Of a DNA stretch of 64,000 nucleotides, positions 37,600-49,689 are shown one piece after another. The notes under the pieces were generated by a model. That model was not told where the DNA came from and did not search any database. It saw only the letters and a list, made by a program, of their open reading frames with translations. A program made the position numbers and the translations under genes. The stretch's first letter is position 1; each line of letters begins with the position of its first letter. The stretch comes from Felis catus (lineage: Eukaryota): contig NC_058383.1 in the NCBI RefSeq assembly GCF_018350175.1, positions 15,626,001-15,690,000 on the forward strand, in the 5' to 3' direction.

Positions 37600-38090
37600 T
37601 GTGATGGCAGTGGCATGAGAGCAGAGTGGGAGGTGCAGCAGCTAGAGTCACCGCAAGACAGGCATTTAGAAAGTTTCTTCCCCTCCTTGAGTTTTAGTTG
37701 CAAGGAGTGCAGCCAAAACTGTAACCAAAAGGAGGCATTATGCTTCCAGAAAAATCTCAAGGAAAAGCACTGCAGGCAACAGTAGTAGCTGTTGGATCAG
37801 GCTCTACAGGGAAGGGTGGAGAGATTCAACTAGTTAGCCCGAAAGTTGGAGATAAAGTTCTTCTCCCAGAATATGGAAGCACCAAACTAGTTCTGGACCA
37901 CAAGGATGATTTCTTATTTAGAGATGGTGACCTTCTTGGAAAGTATGTAGACTAAAATAAATACATCACTAGTGACATGGCATCACACGAAGCTGCCCAT
38001 TCCACTGAGGTTCTGAAATCTTTCCTGTAAATGTTCTCCATGTCTCTTTTATAAGAAGCTAATAATATCCAAGAACGTAGTAATAAATAA
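37600..38090 (+). pseudogene. HSPE1: HSPE1 (Hsp10/Cpn10) processed pseudogene
   Basis: MLPEKSQGKALQATVVAVGSGSTGKGGEIQLVSPKVGDKVLLPEYGSTKLVLDHKDDFLFRDGDLLGKYVD* (37740-37955). The upstream QAFRKFLPL segment has its start codon replaced (ACC, 37650-37652) and indels. Intronless; 3'UTR-like sequence and a decayed A-rich tail follow. Confidence 0.93.
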
Positions 38091-41000
38091 AATAACTATT
38101 GTTTCTTATTTTACAAAAATAATTCCTATTGATTGTGTTTAGAAAAGAGAGTTAAGAAGAAAGAAGAAAACAAGAATCCCCACACTTCCACCACCAAGAG
38201 AGAACTGCAAACTGAGAACACTGAACATTTTGGCACACGTCCTTTCAGATGTCTATCGGCTTAGCTATTCTATTTAGTTTCCTATACGTCCTTTAGATGA
38301 TAAAGATGGGATCATAATACACAGCTTTGTGATATGAAGTTTTCACTTAATGTAACATGAACATTTTTCTGTGTTGTCTTTTTCTACAATACCATATATA
38401 TTAGCTGAGTTCTATTTTGTGGATGTACCATAATTCATTTAGCCCATACCCTTTTTGCTAGATTGCTTCAACTTTTTTGTTTTCACAAACTATATTGCAA
38501 TGAGCAGTTTTGTAAAGAAAGCTTCGCACACATGCAAAGCACACATGCACGATACACATTTTCCTTATTTTTTTTTCAACTTGAAAACTTTTTTGAACGT
38601 TCAGCAGTCATTCCATATTTGGCCAATAGAGGGCATTTTAGGCTTTCTCAGGGTAAGGCCTTAAAAGCCATTTCTACAATATGGAAGAACAAAAATAGTG
38701 GTTTTATTGTGAAAATGATTCCATTTTGGATCTTTGGAAATAACCAACCCCAAAGGAAGAATCAAAGTCATTTATTTTTATCTCTAACAAAACTACTTTG
38801 TCTCTCAGATACACACCCACCCAATATTCGAACAATGAACTGCTTTGTTAGGATTTAAACCTAAAATGAATAAAATTGCCTCTTTTGCCCAATTCAGAAT
38901 AATTAAGGAAGGAGTGCTCTGCTTTACACAAAGACCTAAAGTCCCTGCAGAAGACTGCAGTGGAGACTGACAAGCAGGAAAGGGAACTCAATGCTGAAAA
39001 TACTGACCTTGCCAGAGAAAAGCCCAGACAGCCCCAGGATCTATAGTTCCTTTCGAAATACAAATCTAGGGGTAACACTGAGTGGTGTCTTTCCTAGACC
39101 GATACTTATCTATCATCTACTAGCCAGGTGTTGGTAGGCAATACTGTATATATTTTGTTAGAACCTGAAATAATTGTTCTTTTGCATTTTTCTTGATTTT
39201 TACCAAGACCATAAATTCCCAAGGGCAGTAATCTGCCTATACTTCCTGGCACACTACCCAATTATACCTAGCAAATTACTAAGTACAAGGGAGGTCCTTA
39301 AAACAGTTGCAACTCAATGTTAATGGCAAGTTTCTATTCTAGTATAAAGATGATTATTGAGATTCAGTGTAGTGGTTGGGGTGTAGACTCTGGAGCCAGG
39401 TTGTCTATGTTTGTATCCTGTCACTAGCTGTACTAGGTACTTTTACCCCCCCTACTCCCTGAGCCAATGTTTGTAAAATGTAGGTAGTAATAGTAACTCA
39501 GATGGTAATTATGAAAATTAAAGAAGTTTAAACATGTAAAATGGCTAGCATGGGGCCTGGACCACACCAAGCTCTTGATAAGTATTACTAGACTGATTAC
39601 TTAAGTGATTACTAAGGTTTTCTTCCCCTCTTTTTTAAATTCTATGATTCTCCATGGCTGATGCTCTCTCCAAGCTCCTCCTGTGGCCACTGAGGACACT
39701 AGCCTCTCTCTGGCTTTGAGGGTTCACTTGCTGTCTGTGGCCAATGGCTCTGCTTCCTCCAGGAAGCTCTCTGACAGTCATAGGCCACACGTCTACCTGG
39801 TCCCTTACTGTTACCTCCTTTCAAATTTTACTCCAGCCAGCTTTCATTCGTTCGACAGGAGTTCCGTTTGATGTCCCCAAATCACAACATTTCACAAAGT
39901 CATCTTCATAGATATGATCTAAGAAACAGAAATGCTTTTCTTCACAGGGCTCAAAAGAAATGTGCTCGGGCCAGAAAGAAAGCAAGCTTTGTGGAAGAAG
40001 GAACGTCAATAGGGATGGAAACAGCACAGCATCTGTTTCTTCAGGCCAGTGTGCCGTGGTTGCCTCTTTCCTGAGTCAGCTATTTTGTGCGGCGGTTCTC
40101 TGCCCTTTTCCTTTTCCAATACACTCCCGCTTGTAACAAGGGAGTCTCCAGGGGAGGGCAGGTGTGGGGAATAAAAATCACATCTCCTTTGGGGCAAGCA
40201 CTGGAGTCAGGCTGGGTTAGAGTTGAAAAATGTCCTCCTCTCCCATTCTGACAGGCTCTAGAGGAGTATGTGGCCTTCTCCCTACAAAGGTAATGACATA
40301 AGACTAACACAGGAAATAAGCAAAAAACAAAAAAAAATATTATGTTAAGCTGAGGTTGACTTTGTTACTATTTGGAGGTTGGAGCAGTTGAGTAATGAGA
40401 AATGGCACTGAAGACAGCTGAGCCCTTAATGAGGCTGGGATTTTCCAGGGAGAGGGGAGAGGGTTTACAGGCATCTGGGAGAAGCAGAAAGTGAAGAAGT
40501 GTAAGGAGACAGAGACAGGCAGGAGGCGAACTGTACGCAAGAAAGTAGTGAGGCCACACAGTGGAGGCAGAACAGTTTAGATGTAACGTGTTAAGCATTA
40601 GAGAATCAAAGAAGGCTTTTGAACAAAGGAGTGCTTGAAGGCACACTGCCGAACAAAGGATTGATATGGCAGCAGTATTTATTGTCTTCTTCTTTTAATT
40701 TTTTAATGTTTATTTATTTTCCGGCGGGGGGGGGGGTGGGGGAGGACTGTGAATGGGGGAGGGGCAGACAGAGAGGGAGACACAGAATCCTAAGCAGGCT
40801 CCAGGCTCTGAGCTGTCAGCACAGAGTCCGACGCAGGGCTTGAACCCACGGACCATGAGATCATGACCTGAGCCAGAGTCCGACGCTTGACTGACTGAGC
40901 CACCCAGGTGCCCCAAGCAGCAGTATTCATTTTCAGTTGAAGGGGACAGGTCTGAGGGGAGTGGACTGGAGAGAAGGATGTTCAGGCCAGGCTTGGGCCG

Positions 41001-42459
41001 AGGTGCCAGGCCACCACTGTGGCACTAGCTAAGGGGCCTTGTCTGGGGGACACCACCTGGCTGAGCCTGTTTTCTCATCTGTAAAATGATATGCCAGAGG
41101 TTTCTGAGAGAATAATCATTTACCGAATATTTTCCTGGGCTCCTGGAATGTGCCAGGCAATTTGCTAGATGTCAGAGATACAAAAATGGACAAGAAAAGA
41201 CATAGTCTTTGTCTTCCAGGAACTTACCATCTAGTATATGAGACTGACAATAATAATTTAAAAAACAGTCAACAGACTAAAAACTGCAAAGTCTGATAAG
41301 GTGATACTAAAAAGAAGAGAGTCAAGAGGGCATCTACTTTTTAGTTCAAGGGGCCAGGAAAAGTCTCTCTGAGGAAATAGAATTTACTGAGATCACAGAA
41401 CTGAGAAGGAGGCATTCCGGCATAGAGCAAAGGGAAGAATATTCCAGAGAGAGGAATAATATGTGCAGAGGCAGGAAAAGCTTGGTGTGCTTCTGTGAGA
41501 TCCAAAGAACCCTAGAGAACAAGGAGCGAGGTAGGTGAGGTGGGGGGAGGGATGGCCTGCAATGAGATGGAGAGGGGCAGTGGTTGCATCATGGCAAGAA
41601 CTTGGGTTCTATTCTAAATGAGAGGGTAAGTGGGGAGGGTCCTATCTATACGTATATTGTCAAACCATTACTCTGCCATGTGCTAAACAGCATTTGAGGG
41701 GGGCAACGTAGGAATGGGGATATTGTTTAGGAGGCTCTCTATTGCAACATCTAAGTGACAGGTGGTGCTGTCTTACATTAGGATGGGGGCAGTGGAGCTG
41801 AAGGAAAGTAGATGGATTCAAGAAATATTTTGAAAGTAGAATCAAAGATCTATGTGTCGGGGGACAAAAGGAAGGAAAAGACTCTTAGGTCTCTGGCTTG
41901 AGTGACTAGGTAGAAAATATTATTTACTGATGGATAAGATCAGAGGATGCAGATTTTCAGGCGAGGGATAAGAAAACACATAAAACACCTTGTTCAGTGC
42001 CTCACACATAGAAGACACTCAATAAATAGAGATTACTATTATTATCTGGTCATTCTGTATTGTATAACACTGGCTTCTAGAAAACAGCTGGTAACAGTAA
42101 CTTCTCTGTCCTTAAATACAGCATACAGGCATAGAAATAGAACAGGACTCTAGGACAAATGATAGCAGGTCTTTATGAAATCAATTACAGCAAAATCTTC
42201 ATTAAGACGTTATGATACGTGTCGGGGCACCTGGGTGGCTCAGTCAGTTGAGCATCTGACTTCGGCTCAGGTCATGATCTCATGGTTCGTGAGTTTGAGC
42301 CCTGCATCGGGCTCTATGCTCACAGCTCAGGGCCTGGAGCCTGCTTCGGATTCTGTGTCTTCCTCTCTGCTCCTCCCCTGCTTACAGTCTGTCTCTCTCT
42401 CAAAAATAAATAAATATTAAAAAAAATTTTTTTTAATAAGAAAAAGATGTTATGATACA

Positions 42460-43898
42460 TGTCAATTAATCTTCAACAAAGGAAGAAAGAATATGCAATA
42501 GGAAAAAGTCTCGTTCAACAAATGGTGATGGGAAAATTGGACAGCCACATGCAAAAGAATGAAACTGGGTCACCTCACACCATACACAAAAATAAACTCA
42601 AACTGCTTTAAAGACCTAAATGTAAGACCTGAAACCATAAAACTCCTAGACGAGAACACAGGCAGTGATTTCTCTGACATGAGTCATAGCAACATTTTTC
42701 TTTCTTTATTTTTTTTTTATTTTTTTTCAACATTTATTTATTTTTGGGACAGAGAGAGACAGAGCATGAACGGGGGAGGGGCAGAGAGAGAGGGAGACAC
42801 AGAATCAGAAGCAGGCTCCAGGCTCTGAGCCATCAGCCCAGAGCCTGACGCGGGGTTCGAACTCACGGACCGCGAGATCGTGACCTGGCTGAAGTCGGAC
42901 GCTTAACCGACTGCGCCACCCAGGCGCCCCAACATTTTTCTACATATGTCTCCTGAGGTAAGGGAAATAAAAGCAAAAATAAACTATTGGGACTTCATCA
43001 AAATAAAAAGCATCTGCACAGTGAAGGAAATGATCAACAAAACTAAAAGACAACCTACTGAATGGGAGAAGACATTTGCAAATGACATGTCTGATAAAGG
43101 TGTAGTATCCAAAATATATAAAGAACTGATACAACTCAACACCCAAAAAACAAATAATCCAATTAAAAACGGGCAGAAGACATGAACAGACATTTCTCCA
43201 AAGAAGACATTCAGATGGCCAACAGATACATGAAAAGATGGTCAATATCACTCATTATCAGGGAAATGCAAATCAAAACTGTAATGAGATTTCACCTCAC
43301 ATCTATCTGTCAGAATGGCTAACACTAACAACACAAGAAACAACAGGTGTTGGTGAGGATGTGGAGAAAGGGGAACACTCTTGCACTGTTGGTAAGAATG
43401 CAAACTATTGCAGCCTCTGCAGAATTTATTGCAGCATTACTTACTACAGCCAAATTATGGAAACAGCCCAAGTGTTCATCAATTAATGAATGGATAGAGA
43501 TGTGGTATCCATATACACACACAGGTACACACACACACATTGGAATATTTTTCAGAAATATAAAAGAATGATCTGCCATTTGCAACAACAAGGATGGAGC
43601 TGGAGAGTAACTGAGTCATAAAAAGACAAATACCATGTGATTTCACTCATATGTGGAATTTAAGAAACAAATAAGCAAAGGAAAAAAAGAGAGACAAACC
43701 GAGAAACAGACTCCTAACTATAGACAACAAACTGATGGTTACCAAAGGGGATGTGGGTGGGGGGATGGGTGAAATAGGTAAGAATACACTAATGAGTAAC
43801 ATACAGAATTGTCAAATCACTGTATTATACACCTGAAACTAATATAACACTGTATGTTAACTCTACTGGAATTAAAATTAAAAACTTCATTGAAAAAA
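42460..43898 (+). mobile_element. 5'-truncated carnivore L1 (ORF2 end + 3'UTR) interrupted by a SINE
   Basis: [26 protein letters not shown] and [33 protein letters not shown]1 3' end with an A-rich tail at ~43860-43898. Confidence 0.9.
42705..42930 (-). mobile_element. Young feline Can-SINE inserted in L1
   Basis: TSD AACATTTTTCT at 42691-42701 and 42931-42941. Confidence 0.93.
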
Positions 43899-44019
43899 GT
43901 TTTGATGCATAGGAGGGATTATCTACAATACAGCCAACTGAAGAAACGCTGGCTTCTCTGATAAGGGCTTCCTGCTTCTCTGAAATCACAGTAATGAAAA
44001 CATGTAAACCACCAGAATG

Positions 44020-44577
44020 CTTCACACATTTAAAGCTTTTATTTTGAAAAATAAAATACAAAAGTCATTAAGTTGTAAATGTATACGGTAATTCCTCAAC
44101 TTCTCAAAAACAATACAATGAATTATTTAAATAATTAAGATATTTAATATTATCCACATCAATACATTTAAACAGGAAGTGTTCTACAAAACATTAGAAC
44201 ATGTACAGACAACCTATTCCAAGATGAAACTGCCCAATTTTTGCTTATAGAATCCCATTTTAAAACCCTCCCCTTGAAACAAAAGTTTGGAATCTGGTAA
44301 GAAAAGACGAGGACCAGAGCAGTTTTAACAGAAAGCACACGTTCCCTCTGGACTTCGCATCCACAGGGTTGTGCACGTAATTAGGATCAAGAGCACTGTA
44401 CTCAGGGAGCAGATCACTCAGGAAGGCCCAAATGTATACCGACTTCCCACCCTCTCAGTGGGGAGAGCCTGGCAAGTGAACAGGAGATGTGGGCCATGGT
44501 ACATACGCTCCACTGATCTCAGCAGGGGACGGCCAGTCCTAGAAAATTCCCTTCTGTTGAAAAGGCAGCAGTCTCCC
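44020..44577 (-). other. TPST1: TPST1 terminal non-coding exon (3'UTR) with polyA signal
   Basis: TTGTTTGCCCTAG| acceptor (AG at 44579-44578); sequence resembles the recalled human TPST1 3'UTR; AATAAA at 44043-44038. Confidence 0.85.
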
Positions 44578-46291
44578 CTAGGGCAAACAAATAGAATCTG
44601 GTTATAGGTGTGGAGTCACGCTTTGTCTCCCCTGCACCATACTGCCTCCTTCCCAGTTGTGGTCCTGGTGTAAGCCGGGTAGACAGGGAGGAGGACAGAT
44701 AACTACAAGAACAGCTGCCTCAGAAGGACGACCAAAGAGGCACACTCTCCCTCAGTCTGCGATGCTTTTAGATGCCTGCCAGTAGCTTGGGTACGTGAAA
44801 CAAGCAGACGGCAGCCAAAGCAAGGGCTGCTCCTGCCCATTTCTAAGTGACTGCAACTGTCATCTGCAGTTGAAGCTACTGCGGGGGCACTGGTAGGGAT
44901 GCATGTTCAGGGGTCCAACATGCTGACTCTTTGTTTTAAAAAAGTGGAGACCAACGTTCTGTAAAGGAAGATTTAGAGAACACAGTGACTGTCATATTCA
45001 AATGCCAAAAGGTTTCAAAAGACAAGAAGAAAGACTATCATCTGTCCTGAGATGCTTTGTCTTCCTCGCTTCTTCTGAATCCTTCTCGCATTGTATATGG
45101 GCCCCTACAGGCCACACTGAGCAATGCAAGGATGAAATGATGCTGTGGAGGCAACTCGAAGGCTGAAGTCAACAGACACTGTATTCTGTCTTGTAAAACA
45201 GCTGGTCAATAAACGAATCCCTGTGTGTGTATTTCAGGGAGGGAATTTATAGATTTTAAAGTATCTTGGATCAACAAAATTATCCAAGGCTTGATAACTG
45301 CAGTTATACAAGTCCATAGAGTATATGTCTAACATTTAGCATTTGCTCCTTAGCAAAAAGGCATTCATAAATCCTGAAACTCATTAATATTACTAGCTCG
45401 CTGCCATCCATGATTTTGACATGGCTTAGCAGTGTTCATGTGCTTTTTGTCTGTTATCCACTAACACCTGGCAAGTCATAAAAATCTCTTATTCAAATTA
45501 TTCAATCTCAATTATCTCATCAGTACAACAGGAATAATACCACCTACTTGCCAGAGTGGTTTGAAACCTGAAAGAATGTATCATATTATATAAATTATAT
45601 AGTATATGTCATATAATATGTCATTTCTATATTACATACATAAAATGCTTGATACTTTATGCTTGGTATAGAGTATGCACTCAATCCACTGTTATTATAT
45701 AAATAAAAATAAAACAACAAGTAAGACTGTAAGAAAAAAATCACATTTTTAAAAAAGTTTTTCACGTTCCAAATGAAAGCACCACAGGGTGGTGGAAGAA
45801 GCCTTGGCTTTCACCTTCCTGTGATGTGACTTTTGACAAACAACCTGCTCTCTCTCTAGGATCAGTTTCCTTATCTGCAAATAGGTGATTGGGGTTAATG
45901 GTCTCCAGATTCCTTTCATATTAAAAGAAAATATTATTTTTATCATCGTAAACTCCTTTTATTAAAAATAACGGCTAACACTATTTGAGCGCTTACTAGG
46001 TGCCAAGCTTTTTGTAGACATTGTTGTGGTTAATTCTTACTATTACTCTCTTATTTATTAATAATCTTATTTATTAGTCCTCATTTTACAGATGAGGAAG
46101 GTAAGACACAGAGAAGCAATTTGCTCAATGCCACAGAACCAAGATTCCAACCCAGGCCGACTGACTCCAGAGCTGTGCTCTCCACCCACCCCAGCCACAC
46201 CTCCTCCTAAGAGCGCTTAAGCAGGGAAACCCAAAGACCCAGGAATGTCCCCTAACCCTCACCTCATATATGTAAGAGGTTCCTGGCTCTG

Positions 46292-46309
46292 CTACTCCAC
46301 TTCCTCAGT
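46292..46309 (-). CDS. TPST1: TPST1 last coding segment TEEVE* (within a 47-nt exon, 46263-46309)
   Basis: CTTTGACAG|ACT GAG GAA GTG GAG TAG, then 29 nt of UTR and a GAG|GTGAGG donor; in phase with the 51-nt exon; human ends TEQVE as recalled. Confidence 0.9.
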   Translation of the reverse strand, partial: TEEVE

Positions 46310-46441
46310 CTGTCAAAGGAAGCAAAAGATGTTTTAAAGTCCTTGAAGTTGGTCAGCATGAAAAGTGACTGCTCCCATTGAAATATCAGGTGTAGTTTGC
46401 AGGCTCTGATCACAGATTTTCTAATGAACTCAGTCTGCAAC

Positions 46442-47010
46442 TGTTGTATAATAAAGAATTTGACTGGCCTTTGTCCCTGGTTGCTGGTAGGGAGGCTAAA
46501 TTCTTGGATTTTCCCAGGTAACAGGAATGTCTTTGTTAATTCAGGAGCTCCTTGGATCATACTTGGGTTATGCTAAGAGACGACATAACTCAGGATGGAA
46601 GATGGTCACAGAAAGACCAAACCTTTCACCAGAGAGCTGGGACTCTGAGCCAGCCCAACCCCTGGGTAGCGGACATTGACTGGGATTGAATTCAATCACA
46701 TGACCAATGATTCAGTCAACCACGTCTATGTAATGAGATACCGATAAAAACTCTGGATGCAAAAGACCAGTGGAGCTTCCTGTCTGGTGAACACATGAAC
46801 ATGCTGTTGGGAAGGAGAAGTACCCAAACTCCACGGCGAACGGGCAGAGCTCTGTGTTTGAGACCCTCCCAGGCCTTGTCTTACATGTCTCTTCATTTGG
46901 CTGATCCTGATTTGTATCCTTTAAAATCAAACTATATTTGCAAATATAGTGTTTTGCAGAGTTCTGTGAGCCTTTTTAGCTGATTAGCAAACCTGAGGGT
47001 TCTGTGGGTT
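46442..47010 (+). mobile_element. LTR remnant, MER21/MER77-like, in a TPST1 intron
   Basis: Starts TGTTGTATAATAAAGAATTTGACTGGCCTTTGTCCCTGG; internal TTCAATCACATGACCAATGATTCAGTCAACCA motif. Confidence 0.6.
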
Positions 47011-48782
47011 TCAGTTTTCTCATTTATGATTAGTTAAGTCAAAGTCTTTTACAGCTCTTTGTCTAAGTATGTGTGTGTGATGCATTAAACTAACCAGAAT
47101 AAGGTGAGTGAAATGCTTGTAAGCCTTTTGTGCAGTTTTTTTTTTAAACTGATTTGTAGGTACCCTCCATATTCTACAGAGGAGTCCTTTGCTTCAATTA
47201 TTTTATCCCACTTAAGGCATACTTTTTTGCTCTTTTTATGATGCTTTTTAATAATAAGTAAATATGATCAATTTTAATGGAGTCCAAGTTATCCATTTTA
47301 AAATTAATGATTAGTGTTTTCTATGATTTAAGATATCCTTCCCTCTTAAGGTCATGAGGATGTTCTCCTTTATTGTCTCCTAAAACTTTACTTTTTGCCT
47401 TTCACATTTAGGTCTACAATCTGTCTGGAAATGATTTTTGAGTATGCTGTGAAGCAGAGGCATCCCTTTTAGCCTCAAATTCCCTTTCTTGACTCCTTCA
47501 AACTTTTTATGCAAAACAGTCTTTGGATTTGACATTCTTTTAAGACTTGCCTCTTCTCTGGCTCTAAACGCCACAGCCTGCAAGTGAGTGATGGCCTATT
47601 CATGAATCCATCCAGGTTTCTGGGACATCATGCCCAGCCCAGGCTCAGGGCCCTGTGCTCCCTTGTCTGCAAAAGTTGGTCACAGTCTTTTGGGGAGATC
47701 AGAAGTTCCTTGAGAAAATTTTTTTTTCCTCTGACTCTTGAGGACTTTTCCAACTTCTCCCCATAAACAGAAATTTAGTAAACATCTGTTGAATAAATAG
47801 AATGAATGCATGGGTAGATTAAAACTAAATAGATGCTAATAAGAACATGCCTTGAAAGTAGTTTGAAATTCTCAAGTAAAAGGTGTCAACTATTCATGGC
47901 TGACTGTTATTAGACGAGGATTTCTTTCTTGTCTAAGATAGCTTTCTTAGAGAGCCCAGCCCATTCGCTCCAGGCTTGCTCTGGGCGACACGACTTCACA
48001 CAGTCTGTGAGGTGGTATGTTTCCCTCATCAACCCATATCTGGAAAGATATTAGAAACTAAGTTCAGTGCTGAGTCTTCATTTCCTAATTCCAAGCTAAT
48101 TACTGAGAGCAGAAGCCTGGAGGCAACACATATTATCACTAGGCTAGAAAGGGAAGTCTTCTGCTGGGCTCATGAGGGAGTTAACAATTTTTCCCCCACC
48201 ACGATATAGGAAGGCAGATGATGTTCAGATGCAGGATACTCTGGGTTACTTCAGGTACATTGTGTCAGCTGCAACCATGCCTGTTTCTCGTCAACTCAAG
48301 ACATGATACTGAAACCCAAGTAGGTGAGGGCATGACATTACAAGGATAACTCTGGATCTTTTTATTAATCTTTTAAAAAGGAAAAGTTAGAATCTTCAAA
48401 TTCTCACCATCCTTTCCCAACTTGGGGGCTTTGTAGTTGAGGGCTGATGGATGTGTATATAACAAATTCACAAATCTTCAATAAGACAAGTTAAAAGGCA
48501 TGGATGTATATAAGAACAGAGTAGATTTTTATTTCAAGATAGATATCAGAAGGCTGGAGCAGATTCACCAAGGCAGGCTCCTTATATGTGGAATACTGTA
48601 TAGCTTGTAAGTGACCTCAAGCATTTGGATTTTAGTTATTGATAAAGCATTTCCCTAATTTTGGAAGACACTGAGCTATCTGAAAGTAAGACTATGTTAA
48701 AAAGTAACACTGTTAAAACCAACAATTATCAGAGGCCAATCTTTCTATGACCAGCACAGCACTCTTTAAAAAGATCACTTCA

Positions 48783-49007
48783 GGGGCGCCTGGGTGGCGC
48801 AGTCGGTTAAGCGTCCGACTTCAACCAGGTCACGATCTCGCGGTCCGTGAGTTTGAGCCCCGCGTCGGGCTCTGGGCTGAGGCTCAGAGCCTGGAGCCTG
48901 TTTCCGATTCTGTGTCTCCCTCTCTCTCTGCCCCTCCCCCGTTCATGCTCTGTCTCTCTCTGTCCCAAAAATAAATAAACGTTAAAAAAAAAAATTAAAA
49001 AAAAAAA
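48783..49007 (+). mobile_element. Young feline Can-SINE, antisense to TPST1
   Basis: TSD TAAAAAGATCACTTCA at 48767-48782 and 49008-49023. Confidence 0.95.
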
Positions 49008-49071
49008 TAAAAAGATCACTTCAACACAAGAGCTCATCTATCACATTAAGAAGAGGAAGCAGATACAGTAC

Positions 49072-49122
49072 CTGAGGTTTTTCTTTAAGAAATTCAGGTA
49101 GCTGAAATTCTCCTTTATAGAC
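49072..49122 (-). CDS. TPST1: TPST1 (tyrosylprotein sulfotransferase 1) penultimate coding exon, 51 nt
   Basis: TTTTCCAG|GTC TAT AAA GGA GAA TTT CAG CTA CCT GAA TTT CTT AAA GAA AAA CCT CAG|GTACTG = VYKGEFQLPEFLKEKPQ, matching the recalled TPST1 C-terminus. Too short for the ORF track. Confidence 0.93.
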
Positions 49123-49689
49123 CTGGAAAAACAAAGCCAAGTGTGAGTTTAAGGAAACAGATACTGTCATCCTCACTTCAGGATGTTTGGCAGCGCTTGA
49201 TGGTGGATGAATTTACTGCTTCAGTCCTGGTCAGTTTTAGAATGGGAGGAAGCCTGTCAGTTCAAAAACAGCTAGCATTGAAGGACTAACTGAAATTCCC
49301 ATTTACTCTGGCCCCACCTGTTCTACATTTTGCCTGAGTGCTGGCTGGGAGAGGGAGGGTCAGAGTATCTGAACAAGAAAATAAGCACCCAACATTCCAA
49401 GCTCCAATCATTTTAGCTGAGAGAGAAAGCAAGCCCTGGGCCATCTCTCTCAAGCAACCAACACAGAATTCACACAACTTAAGAACAGGCTCCTCCTGAT
49501 TTCCTCTTGAAATCTCCACCCTTACAAACTCTAGATTTATTCCAAATTTGCTTTTCTTAATGTACCCTATACCCTCATAATATTTTGAATATTAGATGAT
49601 TCTGAAATCATACACACTTTTAACCTCAAAAATCTCAATTAAAAACTTACTCTTATCAATATATAAAATTACGTTTATGGAAATAATTT

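Larger units (their letters stand above)
27277..42440. mobile_element. Further Can-SINEs: ~27277-27465(+), 33535-33752(-), 34865-35112(-), 36415-36620(-), 40695-40914(-), 42224-42440(+)
   Basis: Same diagnostic motifs; several have TSDs (e.g. TGTGTGGCATTTT around 36415-36620). The span is a summary. Confidence 0.85.

Noticed and set aside
37740..37955. Intact-looking 71-aa Hsp10 ORF as a functional gene
   Set aside because: Original start lost, upstream indels and substitutions at conserved positions; a processed pseudogene.
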